Shown here piece after piece: positions 37,470-46,828 of a stretch of DNA of 64,000 nt. The notes below the pieces were generated by a model. That model saw nothing but the letters and a program-made list of their open reading frames with translations, was not told the DNA's origin and did not search any database. Numbering within the stretch: position 1 is the first letter of the stretch; the number at the start of each line of letters is the position of its first letter. Made by a program: the position numbers and the translations under genes. This DNA comes from a bacterium. GTDB taxonomy: Bacteria > Myxococcota_A > UBA9160 > UBA4427. The stretch covers positions 193,443-257,442 of the forward strand of contig JANSYR010000009.1 in assembly GCA_024742285.1 (NCBI GenBank), in the 5' to 3' direction.

Positions 37470-37768
37470 GACGGCTTTCTAGCACTTCGACCGTGCAATC
37501 GGCGGAACGGAGCCGGCGTCAGGTTTTACACCCCTTTTACGCAAGCCGCCGTCTCCGTCGTTTTCCCTGGAAGGGGTGTCGGCTAAACAGGCAGGACTCG
37601 AATTCGGCGTCCAGGCGGGTCGAACACTCCCGATCGGACGCCGACCGGCCGATACACAGGTCGGTTCGAGCGCCCCCCAATCACGCACGCGAGCCCGACG
37701 ACGGTGCTGCGCTCCTCCCGGAAGCGCGAGCGGGACGGTCGGGATCGCGACGAGGACGGACGACCACG

Positions 37769-38659
37769 ATGGCAGCAGCGATCGAGCCCGGAACGCCGGT
37801 GACGACGGAAGACACGCCGAAGCCGGCGACCCGCGGGCGGGCGGCGGCGAAACCGGCCGCCAAGGGCAAGTACCTGCGCTACACGGCGGACCGCCGGCCC
37901 GTCGCGGTCACTCTGGCCCTGCTCTCGCTCCACTTCGTCGCCTTCTTCGTGGCGCCGACCTGGCTGGCGGTGGCGCTCGTCGTTCCCTTCTCGATCGCGA
38001 GCTTCTTCATCGCGCCGCTGAACCACCACCACCAGCACTTCAACTCGTTCCACTCGCCGATCCTGAACCGCATCTACGAGGTCGCGCTCTCGCTCCAGAC
38101 CGGCCTGTCCCCCTTCGGTTGGGTGCTCCACCACAACCTGGGACACCACAAGAACTACCTGAACCAGCACCCCAGCGACGGACCGATCGACGAGTCCCGC
38201 TGGACCCGCCGGGACGGCTCGACGATGAACCGCGTCGAGTACACGATCAAGCTGGTCGCGATGCACCAGATCGACATCTATCGCGTCGGTCAGAAGCACC
38301 CGAAGCAGTGGCGCAACTACCTGCTGATGAAGATCCCGGTCTGGTCGATCCTCGGAGCGCTGCTCTGGATCAACCCCGTGAACGCGTTCCTCGTCTTCCT
38401 GCTCCCGGCCTTCGTCGCGCTCTGCCACACGAGCTGGGCGACCTACGAGCACCACGCCGGCTACCACGCGACGGATCACCATGACGCCTCGGTCAACCGA
38501 ACGAGCCGCGTCTACAACTACCTGACCTGCAACCTCGGCTACCACACGGCGCACCACAAGCGCCCGGGTCTCCACTGGAGCCTGCTCGAGAAGCTCCACC
38601 ACGAGATCGAGGATCAGATCCCGGCCGATATGGTCATCCCGACCTTCTTCGGGCGCTGA
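37769..38659 (+). CDS. Membrane fatty-acid-desaturase-family di-iron enzyme
   Basis: Three His boxes: NHHHQHF, HHNLGHHKNY and HTAHHKRP. TM helices after residue 45. Start trimmed to the ATG at 37769. Confidence 0.8.
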   Translation: MAAAIEPGTPVTTEDTPKPATRGRAAAKPAAKGKYLRYTADRRPVAVTLALLSLHFVAFFVAPTWLAVALVVPFSIASFFIAPLNHHHQHFNSFHSPILNRIYEVALSLQTGLSPFGWVLHHNLGHHKNYLNQHPSDGPIDESRWTRRDGSTMNRVEYTIKLVAMHQIDIYRVGQKHPKQWRNYLLMKIPVWSILGALLWINPVNAFLVFLLPAFVALCHTSWATYEHHAGYHATDHHDASVNRTSRVYNYLTCNLGYHTAHHKRPGLHWSLLEKLHHEIEDQIPADMVIPTFFGR

Positions 38660-38675
38660 CGAGCTCGGTTTCCGC

Positions 38676-39023
38676 CTAACGCTGCTTGCGGAGGCGGCGG
38701 GGGTCGTTCCGCTGCTGGGTGAGGTCGAGGCGGACTTCGTCGGCTTCGACTTCGACGGCGAAGGTGGGGATCGGGAAGCCGTCGGCGTCGTCGGGGTCGA
38801 AGCCGGTTCGGACGTCGAAGGGCCAGCCGTGGGCGCGGCAGATGATCACGCAGCCCTCCAGGTTGCCGTCGTGGAGGGGGAAGCCCTGGTGGGGGCAGGC
38901 GTCCTCCATCGCGTAGACTTCGTCGCCGACGCGGTAGAGCCCGATCCCGATTCCTTCGACGACGACGCGGAGGCCGCGGTCGGTCGGGATCTCACTCAGG
39001 CGGGCGACGGGAACGAAGGCCAC
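38676..39023 (-). CDS. Rieske [2Fe-2S] domain protein (NirD-like, small)
   Basis: CPHQGFPL...CRAHGWPFD (CxH...CxxH). GTG at 39021-39023 with AAGGAG 7 nt upstream; the track start is the TTG at 39059. Confidence 0.8.
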   Translation of the reverse strand: MAFVPVARLSEIPTDRGLRVVVEGIGIGLYRVGDEVYAMEDACPHQGFPLHDGNLEGCVIICRAHGWPFDVRTGFDPDDADGFPIPTFAVEVEADEVRLDLTQQRNDPRRLRKQR

Positions 39024-39180
39024 GGTCGGGCTCCTTCGACGCGGAAGCGGGTCGCCCAACGAGAACGGCGCCCGATCCCGGCCGGATGGCAGGGACGAGC
39101 GCCGCAGGATGCCTCAGCTCACGGAGGGCCACCATGCGAGGGGTGGGTCCGATGGGCGGAGGGGAGCCCTGAGCCCGCGT

Positions 39181-39480
39181 TCAGTTGGCCGCGATCGCAG
39201 CGGGCATCGCCGCGCGGGGCGTGCCTTCGGTCGTGACGACGCAGATCTCGTACTCGCTCGCGTTGACGACGTGCGAGCAGCTCATCGAGGACGGTCCGTC
39301 GAGGCTTCGGAGTACGCCTTCCGCCGGGTCGGCGAGCGAGAGCTCGAACTGCTGGTCGAGTCGAAGCTGGGCGGTGAGCGTGAATTCGCCGGACTCGGTC
39401 GCGGCGGTCTCGGCGAGGGCGACGCTGGAGAAGCTGAGCGCCAAGGCTGCGCCGAGTAGGAATCGTGACATGGATCGCAT
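39181..39480 (-). CDS. Small secreted protein, unknown function
   Basis: MRSMSRFLLGAALALSFSSVALA signal peptide. ATG at 39480 with AAGGAG 8 nt upstream. Confidence 0.55.
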   Translation of the reverse strand: MRSMSRFLLGAALALSFSSVALAETAATESGEFTLTAQLRLDQQFELSLADPAEGVLRSLDGPSSMSCSHVVNASEYEICVVTTEGTPRAAMPAAIAAN

Positions 39481-40017
39481 TCGGGGGGCTCCTTTGGCAA
39501 GCCTTATCGGGCGCTCCATGGATTGCTTGAGGTGTTCTTCCAACCCCTCTCGAATTTGATCTGCCGGATGTGCAGCGTGGGTGCAGCCCTCGGCCTTCGC
39601 ACCTTCAGGGGGCTTCCTGGCTCAGGAGAAAGTGGCGGCCACCACGGCCGAACACTGAGGTGATTTCCACTTTCACCGGACTAGACTCGGAGGTCGGGTC
39701 CGCGCGTCGCGTGCCTCAAGCCCGGTTCCGAGGAGAACGGAAATGCGACTCTCGGTCGAAGAGCGCGAAGGCGATCGGGGGGAGCTACGCACGCTGCTGG
39801 AGCGAATGCCCGGGATCGGGTCGCTCGCACGCGTGAGCGATCCGGTCGATCGCCCGCAGGTGGCGCGCAGGTCCTTCGATTCGTCCCTCCTCGGGCCTGC
39901 CGACGAGCTGCCGGTCCGGATCTTTCGCCGGGACAGCCCGCACGCGTGGCAGCGCAAGCCGGACGCCGGCCCCCTACTTCGAAGCGCGCCTTCGACACCC
40001 CAGAAAGGAATCACAAG

Positions 40018-40359
40018 ATGTCGACCCACCGACTGATCGTGTTCACGAAGCCGACCGACGGCAAGGAAGCCGAATTCAATCGCTGGTACGACGAGGTCCA
40101 TCTGCCCGACATCCTCGCGACGGAGGGATTCGTCGCCGCCCAGCGCTTCGCGCTCGCCGACACGCAGATCGGGGACGTCGGAGACACGGCGCCGGGCCGG
40201 TACCTCGCCATCTACGAGATCGAGGCGGATTCGCTTCAGGCAGCGCTCGATCGGTTGAATGCGGGCTCGGAGACGATGGAGATGTCCGACGCCCTGGATC
40301 TGGATGCCGCGACGGCGATCGCCTTCAGCGCGATCGGCGAACGGCAGGAGGCGAAGTGA
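40018..40359 (+). CDS. Small dimeric alpha/beta-barrel (EthD/ABM-like) protein; family uncertain
   Basis: MSTHRLIVFTKPTDGKEAEFNRWYDEVHLPDILATEGFVAAQRF. Its stop overlaps the start of the next gene. Confidence 0.5.
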   Translation: MSTHRLIVFTKPTDGKEAEFNRWYDEVHLPDILATEGFVAAQRFALADTQIGDVGDTAPGRYLAIYEIEADSLQAALDRLNAGSETMEMSDALDLDAATAIAFSAIGERQEAK

Positions 40360-41234
40360 TGCAGGACTACGCAGGCAAGGTCGCCGTCGTCACCGGCGGC
40401 GCGGGAGACATCGGCAAGGCGATCGCGAAGCAGCTCCTCGGCGAGGGGGCGAAGGTCGTGATCTCGGACGTGGAGCAGGGCGCGCTCGACGCGACGCTCG
40501 AGGAGCTCTCGCCGATCGGCGAGGTGAGCGCGGTCCGGACCGACGTGTCCGATCCGGAGGACGTCGAATCCCTCGCGGAGCAGGTCTACGCCCGCCACGG
40601 CGTGGTCCATCTCCTCTTCAACAACGCGGGCGTCGGTGCGCCCTCGGTCAACGTCTGGGAGACGACGGTCAACGACTGGAAATGGGTCCTCGGCGTGAAC
40701 GTGATGGGCGTCGTCCACGGCATCCAGAGCTTCGTGCCTCGCATGATCGAAGGCGGCGAGCCGGGACACGTGATCAACACGTCGAGCGGCGACGGCGGGA
40801 TCGCGCCGATGGCCGGTCAGTCGGTCTACGCCTCGAGCAAGGCGAGCGTCTCGATCATCACGGAGTGCCTCGCCGCGCAGTTCAGCACCCAGCATCCCCA
40901 GCTCCAGGCGACGATCTTCTATCCCGCCGGCGGCGTGCTCGACACGGGGATCTGGACCTGCGCGCGGAATCGCCCGGACGAGTTCGCCCGCGAGAAGCCG
41001 TCGGGCCAGCCCGAGGACCTGATGGGCGCGTTCATGACGCACGCCAGGGAGACCGGGATGGAGATCCAGTTCCAGGATCTCGACGATCTCGCGAAGGCGC
41101 TCCTCGTCGACCTCAAGGCCGGCAAGTTCGTCGCGATGATCGGCGTCGAAGGCGCGGGAGAGACGCTGCGCACCCGGGCGGACAAGATCGGCAAGGGCGA
41201 GGCGCCCTTCGACGAGCACTCGCTGATCGCCTAG
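40356..41234 (+). CDS. SDR family oxidoreductase
   Basis: VAVVTGGAGDIGKAIA, NNAGV, and YASSKASV (YxxxK). Confidence 0.85.
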   Translation: MMQDYAGKVAVVTGGAGDIGKAIAKQLLGEGAKVVISDVEQGALDATLEELSPIGEVSAVRTDVSDPEDVESLAEQVYARHGVVHLLFNNAGVGAPSVNVWETTVNDWKWVLGVNVMGVVHGIQSFVPRMIEGGEPGHVINTSSGDGGIAPMAGQSVYASSKASVSIITECLAAQFSTQHPQLQATIFYPAGGVLDTGIWTCARNRPDEFAREKPSGQPEDLMGAFMTHARETGMEIQFQDLDDLAKALLVDLKAGKFVAMIGVEGAGETLRTRADKIGKGEAPFDEHSLIA

Positions 41235-41323
41235 TCCGCCGGCTCCGGGCGCTCGCCGGGGTGTCCGCCGGCTGCGGGCGCTCGCCGGGAAGTCCGCAGC
41301 CGCGAGTCTCCGCGGGCGGCGGA

Positions 41324-42475
41324 TCAGAATCCCTTCCGCGACATCCAGTCCTGAACGAGGCCGACCGCCTCCGGGATCAGCTCGGGCTTCTGCATGTAGT
41401 AGTGGTCGGCGCCCTTCACCTGGTGGAGCTCCTTGTCGTCGTGGGACACGGCGTCGAAGAGGCGTTGGGCGTGGCTCGGGGTGCAGGCCAGATCCGCGGT
41501 GTTGTTGATCGCGAGAACGGGGCAGCTGATCCGGCTCGCGTTGCCGATCCCGTCGGCGCGGGACTCGTCGAAGCTCCACTGGGACAGCCAGGAGCGGAGC
41601 GTCGTGAAGCGAGCGAGGCCGACCGGACCGTCGTTGACGGTCTTCGGATCGCCCAGGTAGCACGTGCCGGGCTCGCGGTCGGAGGGATCGACCGCCGGGT
41701 CGAGGAAGCAGGGCGCCGCCATCGTCCCGTGGACGCAGAACGCGCGCTCCGGCGGCTTCGAGGGATCGGCCGAGAGCTCTGCGAGCGTCTCCTTCACCCA
41801 GGCCGTGATCCGCCGGTTTCGCGCGAGCTGGGCGTCCGCGTAGCCCGTCAGGAAGTCGGCGGCGTAGGGCGGCTGATTCGGGTTCGCGGGGTCGTAGAGG
41901 TTGAGCTCGGGATCCCGGTCGAAGGGGTTCGCCTCGTCGGTGATCGAAGGGTCGATCCATTCGGTCAGCGTGTGTGAACGGGACAGGTGGGCCGCGAGGT
42001 AAATCACGCCGTCCGCGGGGATGAGCTTCGCCGCGACGAGATCGGCGGGATCGCCGGCCGGTGTCTCGCGGATCGTCGGGTTCTCGGCCTGGTCCTGATA
42101 GAACGACGAGAGCGAGCCGCCACCGGACCAGCCGCCCATCAGGATCGTCTCGTAGCCCTTCTTCTCCTTGAGATCGCGGATGCACGCGCCGAGGTCGAGC
42201 ACGCACTTCTCCATGATCAGCGCCGTGTCGTTCCCGCGATAGCGGGGGTTGCAATAGACGACGTGGATCCCGGCATGGGCCAGCGCGTTCACGAGCGGGA
42301 GGAATGCGCCGCCGCCAATCGGATGGGAGAAGACGATCACCGTCTTCGAGTCGACGCCCTCGGGCCGCAGTCGCATGCACTCGACGAAGACCGCGCCGGA
42401 GTCGCCTCCGTAGACGTCCTTGATCGGGCTCGGGTCGACGTGGAGGATGCCGTAGGGCTCGCGGACGATGTTCAT
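41324..42475 (-). CDS. Alpha/beta hydrolase
   Basis: Nucleophile elbow LMGGWSGGGS and C-terminal KGADHYY. The ATG overlaps the upstream stop (ATGA). Trimmed from a 555-aa ORF. Confidence 0.65.
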   Translation of the reverse strand: MNIVREPYGILHVDPSPIKDVYGGDSGAVFVECMRLRPEGVDSKTVIVFSHPIGGGAFLPLVNALAHAGIHVVYCNPRYRGNDTALIMEKCVLDLGACIRDLKEKKGYETILMGGWSGGGSLSSFYQDQAENPTIRETPAGDPADLVAAKLIPADGVIYLAAHLSRSHTLTEWIDPSITDEANPFDRDPELNLYDPANPNQPPYAADFLTGYADAQLARNRRITAWVKETLAELSADPSKPPERAFCVHGTMAAPCFLDPAVDPSDREPGTCYLGDPKTVNDGPVGLARFTTLRSWLSQWSFDESRADGIGNASRISCPVLAINNTADLACTPSHAQRLFDAVSHDDKELHQVKGADHYYMQKPELIPEAVGLVQDWMSRKGF

Positions 42476-43152
42476 TTGACGGGCGGCTCCGTGAAGCTCG
42501 TCGCGTCCCAGACCTGCTGGTCCGTCATCTTCAGCATCTGCTCGTAGACGGCTTTCGGATAGAGCATGTGCGGCTTCGCTGGGTCGTAGGGAGGCTGCGC
42601 GATCGGCTCGGCGGGCCGCTCGAAGGTCGCGGGCTTCGCCATCTGCTCCATCATCTCGGGGGAGATCCCGACCTCGGCGGCGGCTTCGGGATCGAGCCAG
42701 TGCTTCGGGTCGATCGCTTCGTCGGAGGTCGCGATCTCGAGGCTGAGCGCCTCGGGTCCGGCGAAGTACATCGAGCGACACATCCCATGGTCGATCGGGC
42801 CGAGTACGTTGATGCCGCGGCTCCGGATCCGGTCGCGCATCGCGAGCAGCTCCTCGTCGCCGTCGACGACGAGCGCGAGGTGCTGGAGCGTTCCGGGCGC
42901 CGACGGGAGGCTGCCGCTGCCGGCGTGGGTCTTGCCGTACTCGATCTCGATGTCCGCGATCGCGGGGAGCTGGACGAAGGAGATCAGGCACTCGGGGGAG
43001 CCTTCGAGGAAGGCGTGAATGCCGCCGGGCACCCCGTGCATCGGGAAGATCGCGACGAGCGGCATCCCGAGCACATCCGAGAAGAACTCGATCTGGCCCT
43101 TCATGTCGGCGGTCGAGAACGCGATGTGGTGGACGCCCTTGGCTTTGATCAT
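42472..43152 (-). CDS. VOC family protein (extradiol-dioxygenase/glyoxalase fold) with a C-terminal extension
   Basis: GVHHIAFSTADMKGQIEFFSDVLGM...LQHLALVVDGDEELLAMRDRIRSRGINVLGPIDHGMCRSMYFAGPEALSLEI. Trimmed from a 500-aa ORF. Confidence 0.75.
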   Translation of the reverse strand: MIKAKGVHHIAFSTADMKGQIEFFSDVLGMPLVAIFPMHGVPGGIHAFLEGSPECLISFVQLPAIADIEIEYGKTHAGSGSLPSAPGTLQHLALVVDGDEELLAMRDRIRSRGINVLGPIDHGMCRSMYFAGPEALSLEIATSDEAIDPKHWLDPEAAAEVGISPEMMEQMAKPATFERPAEPIAQPPYDPAKPHMLYPKAVYEQMLKMTDQQVWDATSFTEPPVK

Positions 43153-43160
43153 GGTGGCTC

Positions 43161-44258
43161 CTACCCGAGCGACAGCACGTGGCCGTCGCTCGGGTCGAGG
43201 TCGCCGTTCAGGATTTCGAGGTAGACGCGCTGGAGCGCTTCCTCGCCCGACTGGCGCTTGATGTTCATCCAGGTCTCGCTCCAGTCCGCGAAGGCGTGCC
43301 ACGCGCCGCCGAGGCGCTCCTGCAGACCGCCCGGCCCCCAGTCCTGCGTGCGCTTCACGATTCGTGCGGGCGCGAAGAAGAACTCCGGCTGCGGCCCCTT
43401 CATCGTCTTGGGGCGACCGCCGGCCTCCCAGTGGGTCGCGCCGACGGTGCACGAATACTTGAGCTCGTCGGCCAGTCGGTCGTGGACGCCGGCGACGACT
43501 TCGCCGTTGCCCGCCATGTCGACCATGACCGCGCCCTTGTCGCCGACGATCTCGGGGAGGCGATCGAGCTCGTCGTAGAGCACGACCTCGTCGTAGCAAC
43601 CGAGCTTCTCGACGAAGATCTCGTTGCGCGGGGACGTCAGGCCGATGACGGGGCCGCGGCCGCGCTTCGAGAGCAGATGACCGAGCGCGATGGACGTCTT
43701 GCTCGAGGCGCTCGTCACGATCGAGGCCTGGCCGCCGAAGAAGTCCTCGTCGGCGATCAGGTCCTCGCAGAGGAACGACGTCATGAAGAGGCCGCGCAGC
43801 AGGATCAGCTCGTCGGCACGGGATTCCTTGTAGAGGGGATCGCCGTCGGTCCAGGAGTAGGAGCGGTAGACCGGGGCGTGCTCCGCGCGGTGGGCGGCGG
43901 TGTCGACCATGCCCGAGCCGTTCTTCTCGGCGTCGATCACCAGGTGACGCGACATGGGGAAGAAGCCGAAACACTGACCGCCTTCCGGGATGTCCGGATT
44001 GCGGGACGCCGCGACGATTCCGAAGCCCATCGCCGGGATGCGTCCCCAGCGGTCTTCGCCGGGGAAGAAGCCCCAGTAGTTCAGCATGTCCCCGGCGGCG
44101 GCGTAGGAGATGTTGTTCGAGGTGAGCGCGAAGCGGTCGATGCGGAAGAGGACCTGCCCCTCTGCGAGATCGTCGATCGGCGCCCCCGGGACGAAGCGTG
44201 TCTCACGGAAGTCGTCGCGATTCACCTGGAAGTCGATCGGGGGGAAGTCGTCGGCCAT
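43161..44258 (-). CDS. DUF2855-family protein
   Basis: FALTSNNISYAAAGDMLNYWGFFP...GRIPAMGFGIVAASRNPDIPEGGQCFGFFPMSRHLVI matches my recollection of DUF2855 (MDR-like, function unknown). Confidence 0.65.
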   Translation of the reverse strand: MADDFPPIDFQVNRDDFRETRFVPGAPIDDLAEGQVLFRIDRFALTSNNISYAAAGDMLNYWGFFPGEDRWGRIPAMGFGIVAASRNPDIPEGGQCFGFFPMSRHLVIDAEKNGSGMVDTAAHRAEHAPVYRSYSWTDGDPLYKESRADELILLRGLFMTSFLCEDLIADEDFFGGQASIVTSASSKTSIALGHLLSKRGRGPVIGLTSPRNEIFVEKLGCYDEVVLYDELDRLPEIVGDKGAVMVDMAGNGEVVAGVHDRLADELKYSCTVGATHWEAGGRPKTMKGPQPEFFFAPARIVKRTQDWGPGGLQERLGGAWHAFADWSETWMNIKRQSGEEALQRVYLEILNGDLDPSDGHVLSLG

Positions 44259-44304
44259 CGTGGGGCTCCATTGCGCGAGAGCGCGAGGCGAGGGAACGCG
44301 CCGC

Positions 44305-44922
44305 TCAACCCCAGAGCTTCTGGAGTTCCTCGGCGGTGGTCTGGGTCGTGATCCGGCCCAGGCTGTGCTGCAGGACCTGCTCGCCGTACTCCGGCGGGTA
44401 GCCGGTCACGCAATCGGTCACGAGGACGACATGGTAGCCGTGGTTGATGGCCTCGATGGTCATGCCGAGGATACCCACGTTCAGCGAGACCCCCGTGGCG
44501 ATCACCGTCGTGATCCCCATGGAACGAAGCGTCGGGTCGAGTTCCGTGCCGATGAAGGGCGACATGCCGTGGAGGCGCGCCGAGTCGAGATCCGTCTCCG
44601 CGGGGCCGAGCTCCGGGAGGACGTCGGTCGCCGGCTCTCCCATGACCAGGTAGTCGGGATCCTTCAGCATGGCGTTCACCATGGGCACGTTCGGATACGA
44701 CCCTCGCCGGTCGCGGCGGAAGCCCGCGCGGCAATGGATGACCGGGACGTCGCGGCGCCGCGCGGCCTCGAGCAGTCCTCCGGTCCGCTCCGGGATCCCC
44801 TGGCTCGCGACGAGATCGGCGAGGGGGCGGATCGTGGCGAGATCACCGATCACGCCACGCTGCATCTCCATCGTGAGGATCGCGGCCTTTCCGGGGGCGA
44901 CGAGTTCTTCCAGGCTGGGCAT
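44305..44922 (-). CDS. Isochorismatase-family cysteine hydrolase
   Basis: AILTMEMQ, FIGTELDPTLRSMGITTVIATGVSLNVGILGMT, and VLVTDCV (catalytic Cys). Trimmed from a 316-aa ORF. Confidence 0.8.
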   Translation of the reverse strand: MPSLEELVAPGKAAILTMEMQRGVIGDLATIRPLADLVASQGIPERTGGLLEAARRRDVPVIHCRAGFRRDRRGSYPNVPMVNAMLKDPDYLVMGEPATDVLPELGPAETDLDSARLHGMSPFIGTELDPTLRSMGITTVIATGVSLNVGILGMTIEAINHGYHVVLVTDCVTGYPPEYGEQVLQHSLGRITTQTTAEELQKLWG

Positions 44923-44978
44923 GCGATCTTCTCCTTGATTCGGTGGGATGAGTTCGGTGGGACGGGGTCGGTGGAATG

Positions 44979-45464
44979 CTAGGCCGGGTCGTTCGCGCGG
45001 TCGCCGCTGGCGGGGCGATCGCCGAGGCCGACTTCCTTGCCGTCGACCTGGACACGGATACGGCGGAGCTTCAGGTGCGCGATGCGCCATTCTCCGTCGG
45101 GGTCGCGACGATACTTCTCCTCGTACCACCCGAGGCCCCAGAGATGCTCCATGGGGGAGCCGGCGGGCCACCAGAGCATGTCCTCCATCGCCCAGGTGCC
45201 CTCGGCTTCGTCGGGTCCGGTCCGAGTGATCACGGGCGTGTGTCCGTGATGGCACGTCTTCACGTTCTCGAGGATCGGCGGGAGGTAGGCCTTGAAGGCG
45301 TCGCGTCCGTGGATCAGCGGCGAGCCTTCCTCGGTCGTGTCGATGACCACGTCATCGCAGAAGACGTCGGCCCATTCGTCCCATCGCTTCTGGTCCATCA
45401 GCTGGAAGTAGCGGGCCTTGAGCTGCTTGATCCGCTCGATCTCGACGAGGTCTTCAGGGGTCAT
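44979..45464 (-). CDS. NTF2-like (SnoaL_4) superfamily protein
   Basis: DLVEIERIKQLKARYFQLMDQKRWDEWADVFCDDVVID, a typical start for this family. Confidence 0.7.
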   Translation of the reverse strand: MTPEDLVEIERIKQLKARYFQLMDQKRWDEWADVFCDDVVIDTTEEGSPLIHGRDAFKAYLPPILENVKTCHHGHTPVITRTGPDEAEGTWAMEDMLWWPAGSPMEHLWGLGWYEEKYRRDPDGEWRIAHLKLRRIRVQVDGKEVGLGDRPASGDRANDPA

Positions 45465-45656
45465 CGGTTCTCCTAGGGACGGTCGATTCTATCGCCCGGG
45501 GCCCGCGGCGGGGGCCGGTGGGCGCGCTGGGAGCGGTTTTCCCAGCAGGGCGCCCAAATTTCGACGGAGGCAACCCCCTGGAATCGCAGGTCTTTCGGAA
45601 ATTGCGGGTGGATTGCCGATCGCCGGGGTCGAGGCGGGGGTTTTTTCGGCCGATGG

Positions 45657-45677
45657 TGAAAACGACATTGATTTTCA
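45657..45677. promoter_or_regulatory. Fur-box-like inverted repeat upstream of bfd
   Basis: TGAAAACGACATTGATTTTCA (TGAAAA-N9-TTTTCA) in an AT-rich patch 62 nt upstream of the bfd ATG. About 12/19 matches to GATAATGATAATCATTATC by eye. Confidence 0.5.
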
Positions 45678-45738
45678 TTTTCCCGGACATAAAATCTCGA
45701 CTCGCCAACCAACTCGCTCCCCCCACAAGGCCGTCCCC

Positions 45739-45966
45739 ATGCTCGTTTGTCATTGCCGAGGAATCAGCGATCGCCAGATCAAGCGCGCCGTGAAGAACGG
45801 CTGCTCCTCCGCACGCGAGGTCGCGCGAGAGACCGGTGCGGGGATGCGTTGCGGCGGCTGTCGCTCGAACGTCAAGGCGATCGTGAACGAGGCGCTCGCG
45901 AGCGAGCTGGTCAAGGCCGCCCCGGGCGAGACGCGGCTCGACCTGTCGATCCCGATCGAAGGCTAG
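45739..45966 (+). CDS. bfd: Bacterioferritin-associated ferredoxin (BFD-like [2Fe-2S] domain)
   Basis: MLVCHCRGISDRQIKRAV...GAGMRCGGCRSNV (C-x-C...C-x2-C). 75 aa, trimmed from a 182-aa ORF. Confidence 0.85.
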   Translation: MLVCHCRGISDRQIKRAVKNGCSSAREVARETGAGMRCGGCRSNVKAIVNEALASELVKAAPGETRLDLSIPIEG

Positions 45967-46048
45967 TTCACAGGGCACATCCCGCCGATCCAGAGTTCTC
46001 TCGAAGGCGCTGCGGTACTCCGCGGCGCCTTCGTCGTTTCGGCACCGC

Positions 46049-46828
46049 CTAACGTGAAGCTTCGGGCAGCGTGGCGAGCCACGCGCGCAGGCTCCGCAAT
46101 CGGTCCGCACCGTTCGCAGCGGGCAGGTCGAGGGCGCGGAGCGCGGCCTCGACGAAGAGGTCCGCGGAGAGGCCGTAGACGTGGTCGTCTTCCCAGCGGA
46201 TCGTCGGGTCGTAGTGGACGTAGTCGCCGAGGGGAATCGCGGTCCGCGACCAGGACTCCGCACGCAGGAGCGTCGTGAGGCGCGGTTGGTGGACCGAGGC
46301 GACTTCGTCCGGGTTCGGCACGACCGCCGGCCGCTCGTGTAGCCAACCCACGATCGGGACCAGACGGTGTCGCGAGCCGCTCCAGGCATCGTCCAGTCGC
46401 CCCAGGACCTCGATCGCGTCGGGCGCGATCCCGACCTCCTCCTCGGTCTCGCGGAGTGCGCCCTCCACCCAGGTCTCACCGTCTTCGAGGCGTCCGCCGG
46501 GGAAGGCCATCATGCCCGGGTGCCCACGGAGGCTCGCGGCACGCTTGGTCAGCAGGACGGCGATGTCGTCTCTCTCCCGCCAGAAGGCCAGGAGGACCGC
46601 CGAGCGATCGAAGTCGTCGGGGACGTCCTCTTCCGGAAACGAGAAGCCCGGGTGGGAGGCGAGCCCGCGCAGCCCCGCCTCGAACGCGGCGGCCTCGAAC
46701 CCCTCGGCGGCGTCGCCGAAGGGATGGCCCTCGCGATCCTCGCCGATGCCGCTGAAACGGCGCCCCATTGGGCTCGCCGTGTCGTCGCGGGCGGGGCGCC
46801 CCCCGTGATCTCTCGCGTCGTCGCTCAA
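46049..46828 (-). CDS. NUDIX hydrolase, CoA pyrophosphatase type
   Basis: VLLTKRAASLRGHPGMMAFPGGRLEDGETWVEGALRETEEEVGI (CoA-ase LLTxR...FPGG motif plus Nudix box). The TTG start overlaps the upstream stop; an alternative ATG is at 46768. Confidence 0.8.
   Translation of the reverse strand: MSDDARDHGGRPARDDTASPMGRRFSGIGEDREGHPFGDAAEGFEAAAFEAGLRGLASHPGFSFPEEDVPDDFDRSAVLLAFWRERDDIAVLLTKRAASLRGHPGMMAFPGGRLEDGETWVEGALRETEEEVGIAPDAIEVLGRLDDAWSGSRHRLVPIVGWLHERPAVVPNPDEVASVHQPRLTTLLRAESWSRTAIPLGDYVHYDPTIRWEDDHVYGLSADLFVEAALRALDLPAANGADRLRSLRAWLATLPEASR

Noticed and set aside
39743-40036. 97-aa plus-strand ORF (ATG with AGGAG upstream) in the 537-nt spacer before the EthD-like gene
   Set aside because: Third-position GC is fairly high, so it might be real. 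However, the product is low-complexity and Arg/Pro-rich with no motif, and it overlaps the next gene's start by 19 nt. The evidence is insufficient.
45621-45650. G5T6 run (gaggcgggggttttttcggc) as an intrinsic terminator
   Set aside because: Only a weak 4-bp stem precedes it, and no gene on either strand ends just upstream in the right orientation. It lies in a divergent promoter spacer.
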